Origin: Octopus sinensis
Lineage: Eukaryota
Reading direction: 5' to 3'
Assembly (NCBI RefSeq): GCF_006345805.1
Contig: NC_043013.1
Span: forward strand, 41,850,001 to 41,914,000
DNA: 64,000 bases
Shown here in pieces: positions 1 through 12,492 of the stretch (its first letter is position 1; each line of letters begins with the position of its first letter). Below the pieces are notes generated by a model, which saw only the letters and a list, made by a program, of their open reading frames with translations, searched no databases and was not told the DNA's origin. A program made the translations under genes and the position numbers.

Positions 1-327
1 CATCGCAATTTTTTTCATTTTACTGGTCACGTGTTCACGCGTGTGAGTATGCAAAAAAAAATACGCGACCTTGTAAGTCGATAGTAGGGGCATTCTGGAT
101 AGCAGCTGAGCTTTGTGGTTGGTTGCTGGGGGCGTATTTGCATCTTCGACCGATCGCCGATCCGTGTTATCATAGATCAATCCGTGATAAGAAAAACATC
201 GTTCGCAGTCAAGCGTGTCGTGTTATTCTTGATTAACGATGAATGAATTACTTAACCAGTGATAGATGAGGATAAATGTACAGACTGCTACTCGTCATAT
301 GACGGATAATTTTGGAATTATACGTTT

Positions 328-652
328 GTCGACCCCAGGACTTATTCTTTGTAATCCTAGTACTTATTCTATCCGTCTCTTTTTTGCCGAACCGCTAAGT
401 TACGGGGACGTAAACACACTAACATCGGTTGTCAAGCGATGTTGGGGTTGGGGACAAACACACCACATATATACAATATATACATATATACGACGGGCTT
501 CTTTTAGTTTCCGTCTACCAAATCCACTCACAAGGCTTTGGACGACCTGAGACTATAGTAGAAAACACTTGCCCAAGGTGCCACGCAGAGGGATTGAACC
601 CTGAACCATGTGGTTGGTAAGCAAGCTACTTACCACACAGCCACTCCTGCGC
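328..652 (-). mobile_element. tRNA-derived SINE, family A (tRNA head + CORE-like segment + internal microsatellite), 3'-truncated
   Basis: Minus strand reads GGCGCAGGAGTGGCTGTGTGGTAAGTAGCTTGCTTACC...CCTTGGGCAAGTGT; the same sequence recurs many times in the window. Confidence 0.85.
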
Positions 653-653
653 C

Positions 654-688
<35 letters not shown>

Positions 689-689
689 T

Positions 690-740
<51 letters not shown>

Positions 741-887
741 TGGAGAAGTTTGAATTCAATAAGAACATTTTAAAATTTTATAAAACCTTTAACATCTTCT
801 CATTTCCACCTTTAATTGTTTGTTGAGTTTATATAGGATACGTTTTCTATAAATGCTCATAACACACCTTATACTTATATATATATA

Positions 888-1263
888 CGAGCAAAACGCC
901 CCCCGTCCAATGGACGGTACTGCGTTGTCAAACATTTAAACCAAATTTTCTCAAAACAACTTGTCCGACCGTCCCATAGACCTCCCCTTTGAGAAACACT
1001 GATTTAATCTAAATTTGAGACACCAGCAAAAGAAGAAATAAAGATAGACTTTTTTTCTATTCCAAAGAAAAACGATTTTCCACAGCTTTATCGATCGCAT
1101 TCTCACCTGGAATCGATTTTTGTAATTTTTTCAAGACTTATACACATCCTGATACCCTCGGTATCTACATATCAAATCTGAGCGCAATGGGATGGAAGAT
1201 GCTCGAGATCCTAAAAGACACGAACACACACACACACACACAGAACGGATTTTATATAAGAGA
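888..1263 (-). mobile_element. Non-autonomous Helitron
   Basis: Minus strand starts A|TCTCTTATATAAAA. It ends with the hairpin CCGTCCATTGGACGG followed by CTCG|T (a CTAG variant). Inserted between A and T, no TSD. Confidence 0.65.
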
Positions 1264-1436
1264 TATTAAATTCAAATTACGATGAACGTAAACAAACAAA
1301 CGAAGTTTGCTTTAGAAGCGTTGAGATGTCTTAGAAAGTTAAAGAAGTGATTTTAAAATTCTCAAACTTAGGATAATGCTAATAATATAGCCTGAACAGG
1401 ATAAGATACGCCTATTTTGCAGAAAAAGAATGTGGG

Positions 1437-1513
1437 TGGCCGGCTATGAGACTCGAACTCACACCTCCGTAATGACACGTCGCGGTGCTCTGAACCAATT
1501 AAGCTAAACCACC
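1437..1513 (-). pseudogene. tRNA-like sequence (pseudogene or SINE head; anticodon arm distorted)
   Basis: GGTGGTT-TAGCTTAATTGGTTCAGAGC (D arm/box A) ... GTGAG-TTCGAGT-CTCAT (T arm/box B), with a T-run just downstream. Acceptor and anticodon stems are imperfect. Confidence 0.55.
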
Positions 1514-1604
1514 CACACAACAAATTCTTCCGCAAATTTAAGATATACAGAAATCTCGCTTTATGAGATGCTATCATACGTTAAATTCGAATTACGATGA
1601 ACGT

Positions 1605-2300
1605 GAGTGGCTGTGTGGTAAGTAGCTTGCTTACCAGCCACATGGTTCCGGCTTCAGTCCCACTGCGTAGCACCTTGGGTAAGTGTCTTCTACTATAACC
1701 TCGGGCCGACCAAAGCCTTGTGAGTGGATTTGGTAGACGGAAACTAAAAGAAGCCCGTCGTTTATATGTATATATATATATATATGTAGGAATTTGTTGC
1801 TCTATAACTCACGTGGGTGGAAGGGGAAGAATGCAAAGCCTCATTTGTACTTTTGAATTCGTTAGTACTAGCGGTCGAAGATGGTTTGTCTGGGATTACT
1901 CATACCAGACGGGCATGTTCGATTTTTAGTGCTCTCAAATCCAAATCTAAAGAAATCTTGAGCTGACAAAGGAAATGTTGATCTTTATATTCAACTAATC
2001 TAGAAACGGCGTTCTCAAGTAATCGATGTACGTGTGATCTTTCGTTATTTTTCCCTCTATACCTGCGTGAATTATTTTTGAGTATACATTGTCTGGGAGA
2101 TTTTTCTTACAGTAGAAGAAATAGCTAAGATTTTTTGGATGCTATTTCTAAAAGTTCGGTGTGTGGTAAAGTAAATTATTTTACTGAACCCTAATTATAT
2201 AACGTAATGTTTTGAATATACCGTAAATGGTCTTTTTACATACAGAACACTACTTGGTAAAATTAATTAATAATTAATTAATTTTACCCTTTTATTATTG

Positions 2301-2386
<86 letters not shown>

Positions 2387-2578
2387 AACATCGCATGACA
2401 ACCGATGCTGTTGTGTTTAGATCCCCGTAACTTAGCGGTTCGACAAAAGAGACTGATAGAATAAGTACTAGGCTTACAAAGGATAAGTCCTGGGAGCGAT
2501 TCGCTCCACTAGAGGCGGTGCTGCAGCATTGCCACAGTCAAATGACTGAAACAAGTAAAAGAGAAAAGAGAAAGAGAA
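1605..2578 (+). mobile_element. SINE family A, split by an insertion in its internal (TA)n (about 1785-2300)
   Basis: Head/body at 1605-1785; 3' half with tail GGCGGTGCTGCAGCATTGCCACAGTCAAATGACTGAAACAAGTAAAAGAG at 2300-2578. Confidence 0.8.
2060..2303. mobile_element. MITE-like repeat, partial (related partial copy at about 22090-22295)
   Basis: Shared about 150-bp core (gagtatacattgtctg...ccctaattatata). The end at 2260-2303 is the inverse of the start of the 22090 copy. Confidence 0.5.
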
Positions 2579-2803
2579 ATTACTTCAAAGTTCTTTCTAA
2601 TTTTAACACAAAGCCAGCAATTTTAAGGGAAGTGGGTGGAGGAAAGTCGATTACATTGATCCCAGTATTTGACTGGTATTAATTTTATTGACCACGGAAG
2701 GGTGAAGGGCAAAGCTGACTTCGGTGGGATTTGCCAAATTCGTGACCCACAGCAGCGAAACTTTCCCCGTCACGTATCTTTTTGACCATCTTTTTTTATA
2801 CCT

Positions 2804-3035
2804 ATTTCTTTACTACCCACAAGGGGCTAAACACAGAGGGGACAAACAAGGACAGACAAACGGATTAAGTCGATTACATCGACCCCAGTGCGTAACTGGT
2901 ACTTAATTTATTGACCCCGAAAGGATGAAAGGAGAAGTCGACCACGGCAGAATTTGAACTCAGAACGTAGCGGCAGACGAAATACGGCTATGCATTTCGC
3001 CCGGCGTGCTAACGATTCTGCCAGCTCGCCGCCTT
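2804..3035 (-). mobile_element. SINE family B, full length, with TSD
   Basis: Head AAGGCGGCGAGCTGGCAGAATCGTTAGCACG, tail ...GTAGTAAAGAAATA. TTTTATACCT occurs at both 2794-2803 and 3034-3043. Confidence 0.85.
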
Positions 3036-3694
3036 TTATACCTGCAGAGAATACACTCATCTACATCATTTGTTAACACTAGGCACCTCCGTATTTTTTT
3101 TCTCTCCACTGGTTCCCTGGTGATGAGTACGAGTATGTAAATCCGTGTAAAAAAAAATACGCAGCACGGTCATGCGAGCGATAACCACGTAAATACAAGC
3201 GATAGTCAGTGCATTCTGGGTAGCAGATCATTGTGGGTGGTCACTGGGGTGCGTTTTTGTGGTTCAAGCATAAACTTTGATCACCGACCTGTATTATCGC
3301 ACATCAATATGTGATAAGTGTAACATGGTTCACAGTTGAGCGTATCGTGTTGTGCCGGATCAGTGATAAACGAGGCTATATGTACTATCTTAACTTTAGT
3401 GACAGACCAGATGTTTGAGGTTAATTGAATATTCGAAATGCTTCCGAGATACACTACATTTTAAATGGAACGAATTACAATAATTAAATTAAATGCCAAT
3501 GATAAATAGGTAGATTTAATTCATTTTCGTAAGACACTATCGTTTATCATTTATTGTTTCAGTCAGGATTGTGGCCATGCTGGAGTTCCGCGCCGAAGGA
3601 CTTTAATCGTACTAATCGACTTCAGGACTTATGGGGGTGGGGGTTGCTGTTTTTTTTATTTCATTTTCTTTCTTCTTTTTTTTTTTGAAAGTCC

Positions 3695-4066
3695 GATACA
3701 ATGGCCCAGTAGTTAGAGCAGCGGACTCGCGGTTGTAGGATTGCGGTTTCGATTCCCAGACCGAGAGTTGTAAGTGTTTATTGAGCGAAAACACCTAAAG
3801 CTCCACGAGGCCCGAGCAGGAGGTGGTGGCGAACCCTGCTGTACTCTTTCACCACAACTTCCTCTCACTCTTTCTGTTTCTGCTGTGCCTGTATTTCAAG
3901 GGGCCAGCCTTGTCACACTCTGTGGCACGCTTAATCTCCCCGAGAACTACATTAAGGGATACACGTGGCTGTGGAGTGCTCAGCCACTTGCGCGTTAATT
4001 TCACGAGCAGGCTATTGGGTTGATCGGATCAACTGGAACCCTCGTTATCGTAACCGACGGAGTGCC
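3695..4066 (+). mobile_element. SINE family C (tRNA-Arg-like head, GACTCGCGG loop; tail C1)
   Basis: ATGGCCCAGTAGTTAGAGCAGCGGACTCGCGGTTGTAGGATTGCGGTTTCGATTCCCAGACC; near-identical copies at 38084, 50405 and 51014. Confidence 0.85.
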
Positions 4067-4351
4067 AACAACATTCTGTTGGTATATTTTGCTGAACCGC
4101 TAAGTTATGGGGGCGTAAATAAACCAGCATAAGCTGTCAAGTAATGTATGACAAACACCGACAGAAGCACGCACACACATATGTCTATACGACGGACTTC
4201 TACACAGTTTGCGTCTGCCAAATTCATTCGTAAGGCATTGCTCGGTTCAAGGCTATTGTAATACACACTTGCCTAAAATACAACGCAGTGGGACTGAACC
4301 CAGAACCATGTGGTCAGGAAACAAACAGCCATGCCTACGCTTAAATAAGAC

Positions 4352-4438
4352 ACTTACAGCACCTGGGTTTCCCAGGAAGTCACCCATCTTAATACTAACT
4401 AAGCTCTGCGTTGCTTAACTTCGGTAATCGAACCGGAG
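4352..4438 (-). pseudogene. 5S rRNA-derived fragment (3' about 85 nt)
   Basis: Minus strand CCGGTTCGATTACCGAAGTTAAGCAACGCAGAGCTTAGTTAGTATTAAGATGGGTGACTTCCTGGGAAACCCAGGTGCTGTAAG aligns by eye to eukaryotic 5S (GAAGCTAAGCAG...GGTTAGTACTTGGATGGGAGACCGCCTGGGAATACCGGGTGCTGTAGG). The 5' third is missing. Confidence 0.8.
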
Positions 4439-4789
4439 CTGTAGTTGAAAACACTTGCCCAACGTGCCAAGCAGTAAGATCGAACCCGAGAGCACATGGC
4501 TGCAAAGCGAGCTTTTTAACCACACGCCCATACTGTTTATAAATTTAATGACAGTGCAGATGTTTAAGGTTAATTGAACAACTCGAAATAGTTCTGAATT
4601 ACAACACACTTTAAGTTGAACAAATTGCAATAATCAAATGAAACGGCAATGGTAGACAGGTAGATTTAATTCATTTTTGTCAGATGTTAATTAATATACT
4701 TACCACTCTATTTCTTTATATTGATGCATTACATTTGTCATACGATAATTAAGCTTAATTAATATTTTTCTAATAAATAAGATCGGTTG

Positions 4790-5480
4790 AATATTGGTTT
4801 CAAATTTTGGCATCAAGCCAGTAAAATCGATGCTCAGTGCTCAACATATGCTTATTTTATCGATCCTGAAATGATGAAAGGCAAAGTCGACCTCGGCGGA
4901 ATTTGAACTCAGAACCGTAAAGACGAACGAAATGCTACTATGCATTTTCCCCGGCCACTGAACATTTTGCTCGGGGACTAAGTATTACGCCCGACAACTA
5001 AGCATTTAACCCTGCCGCTAAGCAATTTTCCCAGCCGCTAAACATTTTGCCCGGCGACTAAGTATTACGCCCGACAACTAAGCATTTAACCCTGCCGCTA
5101 AGCAATTTTCCCAGCCGCTAAACATTTTGCCCGGCGACTAAGCATTTAGCCCTTCCACTTAGAATTTTACCGGCGCTAAGCATTTTGCCCTACAACTAAG
5201 CATTTTGCCCGGTCACTATCCATTTTGCTCTGCCGCTAAGCATTTTGCCCGGCAACTAAGAACTTTGCTCGGTTACCTTGCATTTTCCCCGGCCGCTAAA
5301 CATTTTGCCCGGCGACTAAGCATTTTACCCGACAACTAAGTATTTTGCCCTGCCGCTAAGCAATTTTCCCGTCCACTAAACATTTTTCCCGGTAACTAAG
5401 CATTTTGCCCTGCGGCTAAGCAATTTTCCTGACCGCTAAGCATTTTGCCGACGTGCTAACAATACCGCCAGCTGGCTGCA
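4790..5480 (-). mobile_element. SINE family B copy with internal minisatellite expansion
   Basis: B body at 4790-4940 (GAAAGGCAAAGTCGACCTCGGCGGAATTTGAACTCAGAAC) and head end at 5450-5480 (GTGCTAAC...GCCAGCT) flank the array. Confidence 0.75.
4941..5455. repeat. About 25 x 20-bp minisatellite (consensus about AGCATTTTGCCCGGCCGCTA) with an 80-bp higher-order duplication
   Basis: 20-bp periodicity is directly visible; 4981-5040 is identical to 5061-5120. Confidence 0.9.
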
Positions 5481-6013
5481 ATAGATCGGTTGCATATTAT
5501 TAATATATTATAATGCACTTGAACAACTGTTATCTTAACCAACCACTGTTAAACAATTCAGAATTTTTTAAAAGGCAGGAAATGTTTTATTGCGTACAGC
5601 TTCCACTTTAACCTAATGTTGTTAAACAAAACAATAGCACAAATAAGTCCCTTCAGCATTTAAACTGGCTATGTCCGGTAAATATCCTACGTGTTTTATG
5701 TTCAAACCGGTCAGATCCGGTGCCTCACACTTACCTTACAATGTTTTTAAAAAGATACAATCACATCGTCGAAATTTCGAAGCTGTGAGATAATCCATGA
5801 CTAATTCAAAACGATGTAGATAAATAAATGTAACATTTGACAGAATAATGTATATATGGTGTAGTCAGATTTTCGCTGTTAAATAGCAAAAATAAATCTA
5901 TATTATGCAAATAACGTTGTGTATGTGTCTATTGCACTTTGACCTTGACCTTCAATAAAAATTTGAACTCAATTCATCTTTGACATCTTTATGCAATGTC
6001 TGTTTATGTATGA

Positions 6014-6049
<36 letters not shown>

Positions 6050-7389
6050 TGGGGACGGGGAGAGGGGAGAAAGAGAGAGTGAAAGAGTGGAATGAAGTGG
6101 AAAGTTCTAGAAATCAAATGGTTTTCTTCGATACTTTTTTTTTTCTCAAGAATGATACTTTTATTATATTTTATTTAACCTGCTTTGTGTGGGGTGTGTA
6201 GGGGAAGGTCCGTCTCTTGAAGAAATGCTATGATGTAAGTGTCATATTTATTTCATAGAAATTTATGCGAAAAGCACTTTCATTTTTTTTTTTTTTTATA
6301 TTCGGTGCTCTTAAATTCATGTTTTACGGTGAGATATTTTAACGTACCGAAAATCATTTATCCTTTCTGCTACATTGCTTTTATAGTCTTTTGAGAGGAT
6401 TTCTTTTTGGTGTGTATTATTTTTTCTTCCCCCGCGAAAACCTTTTTTTATTACTCTGCACATATCCCTGTCACAGCAGATAAGGGAGACAATTTACATT
6501 TTCATCAGCAATACATTGTTAACTGCCGTAATTACCTATTATTAAACATTAAAGAACATATCCAGATAACTCTTGTTCTTCCATACACATATGCATTACA
6601 GATGAAGAACGATCGCTGAAAGAAGAAAAGAAAAAACAAGGAAGAGACAAAGGTGATACAAAAAGATAAAAACAGGGGGTGGAGAAAGTGAAAAGACAAA
6701 AATATAGCAATTTAAGAATCCCAATGTGAACGAAAGCAACTGCAAAAGAGCTATGTTGAAATGTTATTGTGAAATTTAAATAACGTTAATGGGCTTTCAA
6801 ATAAAACGAAGACTCCATTTATATGAGCACGTGATTGAAAGCGACATTGTTACAGAAGGTGAACATTATTGAAAACATGTCATTGTACCAGGAGAATTAA
6901 AAAGAGACCTTATGACACCACTCTGTCATTCAGCTTTATAGCATAAGCTATAAAGATGGAAACTACACTTGGAGTTTCAAGTTCGAGCAGCTTCCGCCAT
7001 GAGAGTCAGTAAGTCTCAAAGCCATTTGTGTAAAATGCGTCTGTTCTTTTCAATTGAACTATTTGCGTATAGATAATTGTATGTAACTCTGTCAAGAGTT
7101 ATTAGACAGTGGTGCAAGTATAAAGCAGGTCTAAAGACAATCTTTTATCTTTTCTCTAATACTTGCTTCATTACTTGAAGAACTTTGAGTCGAATGAATC
7201 AAGTCCAGCGCTTATTTTAAATCATTTATTGGTCTTTTTTGCGGAACCGCTAAGTTACAATACTAGTTGTCAAGCGATGGTGAAGAACAAACACAGATAC
7301 ACACAAACACACAGAGACATAGACACACACAGACACACACACACACACACACGGTAAATCAGGGTCTATAAAGTTATAATACATGTTTT

Positions 7390-8075
<686 letters not shown>

Positions 8076-8231
8076 ATTAACTTAAATGTAGACAATATCA
8101 ATATAATAAAGACAACTGATTGGTTCTGAAGGATTTCAGGTTCCTAGTATATTAGGGGTGTTGGCGGATTTTGTGATTCCATCAACAAAGTCATTCTACT
8201 TCGGTTTGCCCCTTCAATGATGTCATGCTTT

Positions 8232-8443
8232 TACTCTTTTACTCTTCTACTTGTTTCAGTCATTCGACTGCGGCCATGCTGGAGCACCGCCTTTGGTCGA
8301 GCAAATAGACCCCAAGACTTTTTCTATGTAAGCCTAATACTTATTTTATCGGTCTCCTTTTGCCGAACCGCTAAGTTACGGGGACGTAAACACACCAGCA
8401 TCGGTTGTCAAGCGATGTTGGGGGGACAAACACAGACAAACAA

Positions 8444-8488
<45 letters not shown>

Positions 8489-8668
8489 CATATATACGAC
8501 GAGCTTCTTTCAGTTTCCATCTACCAAATCCACTCACAAGGCTTTGGTTGGCCCGAGGCTATAGTAGAAGACACTTGCCCAGTGGTACTGAACCCGGAAC
8601 CATGTGTTTGGTAAGTAAGCTACTTACCACACCGCTACTCCTACGCCTACTTACCACACAGCCACTCC
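8232..8668 (-). mobile_element. SINE family A, full length, 5' end duplicated
   Basis: Full A structure; head end CTACTTACCACAC.GC.ACTCCT appears twice (8620-8668). Confidence 0.9.
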
Positions 8669-8954
8669 TTTTCTGAATATTTAATTAGAGGAAGACTTAT
8701 TTGGGTATTCTTGAGCATTTTTAAAAGTAAAATCTATGACGAAAGAAAGAAAATTAACACATTTTGCTGCATCTAAGGAGATGTTTAAATAAAACAACGG
8801 CGAAACATTTTCATTAGTTTCCATTGCGACCCTGTGCTAGTTTACATCGTATACAGGTTATTAGGCGTTTCCATAAGAATAATAATAGTAATAGTTCGAT
8901 ATAAAATAAGCTCAGTTCAAATAAAAACGAAATGCGTTTAGGCTTTTCTAAAGT

Positions 8955-8988
8955 AGTAGCAGTAATAGTAGTAGTGGTAGTAGTAGTG

Positions 8989-9025
<37 letters not shown>

Positions 9026-9090
9026 CAGCAGCAGCAGCAGTAGTAGTAATAGTAGTGGTGGTGGTGGTGGTAGTAGCAGCAGCAGGAGGA
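8955..9090. repeat. Compound trinucleotide repeat (GTA)n/(GCA)n/(GTG)n
   Basis: Directly visible. Confidence 0.95.
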
Positions 9091-9214
9091 GGTGATGGAG
9101 GGAGGGAGGAGGAGGGGGGAAAAGTGCTCCATTGATAGAGCCTTTGTATCTTTGTTAGAAGCCAGATCCTTCCTGAGAGGAAGAAATCAATTATTTAAAG
9201 ACAGTAGATAACAC

Positions 9215-9242
9215 ATACACACACACATACATACATATTATG

Positions 9243-9282
<40 letters not shown>

Positions 9283-9560
9283 TATAAATATATGTATATA
9301 TATATTCTTTTATATATGTATGTATGTATGTATGCATGTATGTATGTATGTATGTGTGTATGTATGTATGTATGTATGTATGTATGTATGTATGTATGCA
9401 TGTATGTATGCATGTATGTATGTATGTAGTATGTATGTATGCATGTATGTATGTATGCATGCATGCATGCATGTATGTATGTATGTATGTATGTATGTAT
9501 GTATGTATGTATGTGTGTGTATGCTTGAGTGAGTGAGTGAGAGAGAGAGAGAGAGAGAGT
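9215..9560. repeat. (TA)n/(TATG)n/(GA)n microsatellite tract
   Basis: Directly visible; explains the MYVC/HTYI ORFs. Confidence 0.95.
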
Positions 9561-9569
9561 AATAAACAA

Positions 9570-10080
9570 TGTAATTGCAATGATTGCAAACTTCTTTTTG
9601 CATATTGCTGTAAAAATTTTTTGTAGGACGGGTTCTTTCATTCCCTGGTAGCTATGAAACTATTGACTTTCTTCATAACAGAACTTACTTGGTGAAGCTG
9701 GAATAAAATTTGCTCATTTTCTTGCTAAGCAAATACATACTCATGCAAACAAATATAAGAGACATAAATTGCATCTATCTAAAATAACATCTAAAATAAC
9801 ATCTAAAGAATCCATAAATCTGATTAGATCCGATATACTGGATAACATATGGGATGGGGGGTGGAAATTATTGTTTCATTAGATTTTACTCCAGACATAT
9901 GCTTTATGGTCTTTGAGTGTACAGTATGTTTTATCCGTCTCGGCCGATACGATTTATGAAGTATTGGGTTAAAGGAGGTCATATTATTGAAAAGCTAGCT
10001 GAAAGTTTACTTGACATTTTTGAGGAAAAATGGTATTGATATAAAATACTGCAGTTGTAAAAAGAATGTTGCCAATGACA
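9570..10080 (+). pseudogene. hAT transposase remnant (ZMYM1-like/DUF4371 region), frameshifted
   Basis: Manual translation: GRVLSFPGSYETIDFLHNRTYL / FAHFLAKQIHTHANKYKRH..LS...ESINLI / SLDFTPDI / RPIRFMK..GGHIIEKLAESLLDIF / LRKNGIDIKYC. These resemble hAT motifs ERGLAFRG..GNYLG, FDPFLA.HI..HANKG, DSTPDISH, GIDI..CRGQ. Confidence 0.6.
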
Positions 10081-10319
10081 CGATATGTGTTGTGGCGATA
10101 GTCGTTGATACCGCTATGGGATTGGAAGAATGGACTAGCCGAATAAGTATGTCAAATCGACAGGAAAAAAGAAAAGAAAAAGGAGAGAAAAAAAGGAAAA
10201 AGAAAGAGTAAGTGTTTTATGTTATGTTTAATAATATCGGAAAATAAAAGAACAATTTTAGAGAACATATAACGGTTCAAATAATTGTAATGGTAGACGA
10301 TAATTAATTGTTATGTAAA

Positions 10320-10720
10320 TCTTTATATATAAAAGAGAGGTTGTGTGCTGTCTGTCTCCTACGATTTAGATTCCTAACTACTCCCACATTTTGCGGTGCA
10401 GTTTAACCAAAACCGGGTATCTTATAGTCGTGATTCACATCGAGCCCTTCTGGGTATTAGCACGCGTCTACGATGAGTCTACAATTTTAAAAAACTTTTA
10501 CCATCATTTTTTTCCATTTTAATGCATTTTTTCCGCTATTATATAAGGGAAGTAACTCTCTAAAAATGTCTACGATGAGTCAACGATTTAAAAAAAATTT
10601 ACCATCATTTTTTCCCCATTTTTAATGCATTTTTGGCTATTTTTTTGGCTATAACTCTCTAAAAATGCTTATATAGTTATTTCCCTTACAAACCCGAGCA
10701 ACGCCGGGCGATACTGCTAG
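10320..10720 (+). mobile_element. Non-autonomous Helitron, complete
   Basis: A|TCTTTATATATAAAAG 5' end; subterminal hairpin CCCGAGCAACGCCGGG (10693-10708); CTAG|T 3' end; internal about 130-bp duplication. Confidence 0.9.
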
Positions 10721-11656
10721 TACATGATAAAAACGGACAGTTTAAAAAGATTAATGGTTATGCATGTGATGAGGGGCGCATGCAGCCATTCATAACCCCA
10801 TTATTGTATAATCATCTCATCATATTTGTTCTATGTATTGTCCCCTCTGTGGTGTCCTGTCTGTCCTTGTTAGTCCCCCCTCTATATTTGGATCCTTGTG
10901 GTTAACAAAGAAACCGAGAAATCGTAGGAGTCGTTGAGAATTCGTGGAAGTCATTGAGATCGTTGAGTGTTTGTATTTATTGGAGTATCGTGTTTAGTGG
11001 ATTAATTTGAAGTACTTAGTGTGAAGAGAGTTTGTGTCTATCTCCACTTAGTGAAATCTGTTTATCCAACGTATAGAAGGATATAAAATTATGGTAAATA
11101 TAGTGACTTAGATTGATTAAAGAACTGGACGAAAACTCGTCCAGTTCTTTAATCCATTTAAATCACTTTTATCGGGTATTATCAGTCCGAGTTTTCGGAT
11201 TGCATCCCTTATTTTCTTCAGTGGCTAAATTTGGCTGGAAAACATTCTGCCGGATGCTGTCAAGGTGCATAAATTTTCTCTGATTATACACGACTTTGTA
11301 TTTGTGTTTATTGCCTTTTTTTCGGGGGTGGGAGGAGGTTCAGAGGAATAGGGTCTTTTAAGGGGGTATCCCATCCTTTTCTGTTTCTACCTATCGGTAG
11401 GATTTTCTTTCTGCTTCATTTTCTGACTTTATATATAGAAAGGTATTCAAGGCATTCATCCACTTAGCAACCACATGGTTTTGTGTTCGATCCAGGTGTG
11501 CAGGACCTTAGGTGTGTCTCTTTTACTTATAACCCTTGATCACCAATTGCTTGTGAATGAATTTGTTAAACGGAAACTGTGTGGAAGCTTTCGTATATAT
11601 ATGTGGATACGTGTGTGTATCTTTGTGTCTGTGCTTGTTCACGCACACACACGATT

Positions 11657-12451
11657 GGGACCTGTGTCTAAACGTGTCAAAGTGCTGTCATCTGCCTGTC
11701 GGCTCTACTCCTGCAACCTCAACTTGATTTCGAGCCGGGTCGTCTGCTGCTGGAGAGGACCGATCAGGTAAAGGACCTAGGTATCTTGCTGGATTCCTCC
11801 TTTTCGCCTTCGGCCCAGTGCGTCCATGCTGCCAACAAAGCACGCGGAATTCTGTTCTTGATTCGACGGTCATTCGGAATGCTCACAGCAGCCATATTCC
11901 TACCACTCTATGTCACGCTGGTGGAAACCCATATTGGAGTATGGGATTCAAGCCTCTTCTCCTTATCTCCTCAAAGACATACAGCATCTCGAAAGAGTCC
12001 AGAAGCTGGCTACCCGCATGGTTCATGGTCTCAAAAATTTGTCCTACGAAGAAAGGCTGAGGACGCTCGACCTTTATTCTCTTGAAAAACGCCGCCGCCG
12101 TAGTGATCTCATTCTCGCCCACAACATCATAAGCGGGAAGTGTAACCTCTCGAAAGAGCTGTTCTTCACTCCTGCTCCAGAGCGTCGGCTGCGGGGTCAT
12201 TCCGAAAAGCTCTACCTGCGACGATTTCATCTCAATCGAAGGAGAGGAGCTTTCTCCGTCCGGGTTGCGGATCCGTGGAACAAGCTGCCAGACGAAATGG
12301 TGAAGATGCCGACGACCGCTTTGTTCAAAGCCTCCCTGGACCTCAAGTGGCCTGAACTCTTTACATGAACACCACCCTGTACTTAACTCCATGTCCCCCT
12401 ACATGGCCTTGCTATTTGCTTTTGAGCCAAATTAACTAACTAACTAACTAA
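11657..12451 (+). mobile_element. CR1-clade LINE 3' fragment (ORF2 C-terminus, 3' UTR, (AACT)n tail)
   Basis: ORFs 11786 and 11910: ERVQKLATRMVHGLKNLSYEERLRTLDLYSLEKRRRRSDLI...LRGHSEKL...FSVRVADPWNKLP; one frameshift. Confidence 0.9.
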
Positions 12452-12492
12452 CACACAAAAGTACACGCACAGTGCTTGACAACCAGTGTTGG

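Noticed and set aside
4941-5455. CRISPR-like repeat/spacer appearance
   Set aside because: The 20-bp units are too short, the variable parts are homologous to each other and to the SINE head, and the context is eukaryotic with no cas genes.
6956-7008. Possible first exon METTLGVSSSSSFRHES|GTAAGT
   Set aside because: Good start and donor signals only; too short and no compatible partner exon identified.
9191-9641. Long ORFs rich in YI/HT/MYVC (also at 13.8k, 19.6-22.6k, 25k, 28.5k, 58k and 62.6-63.8k)
   Set aside because: They are translations of stop-poor microsatellites, not genes.
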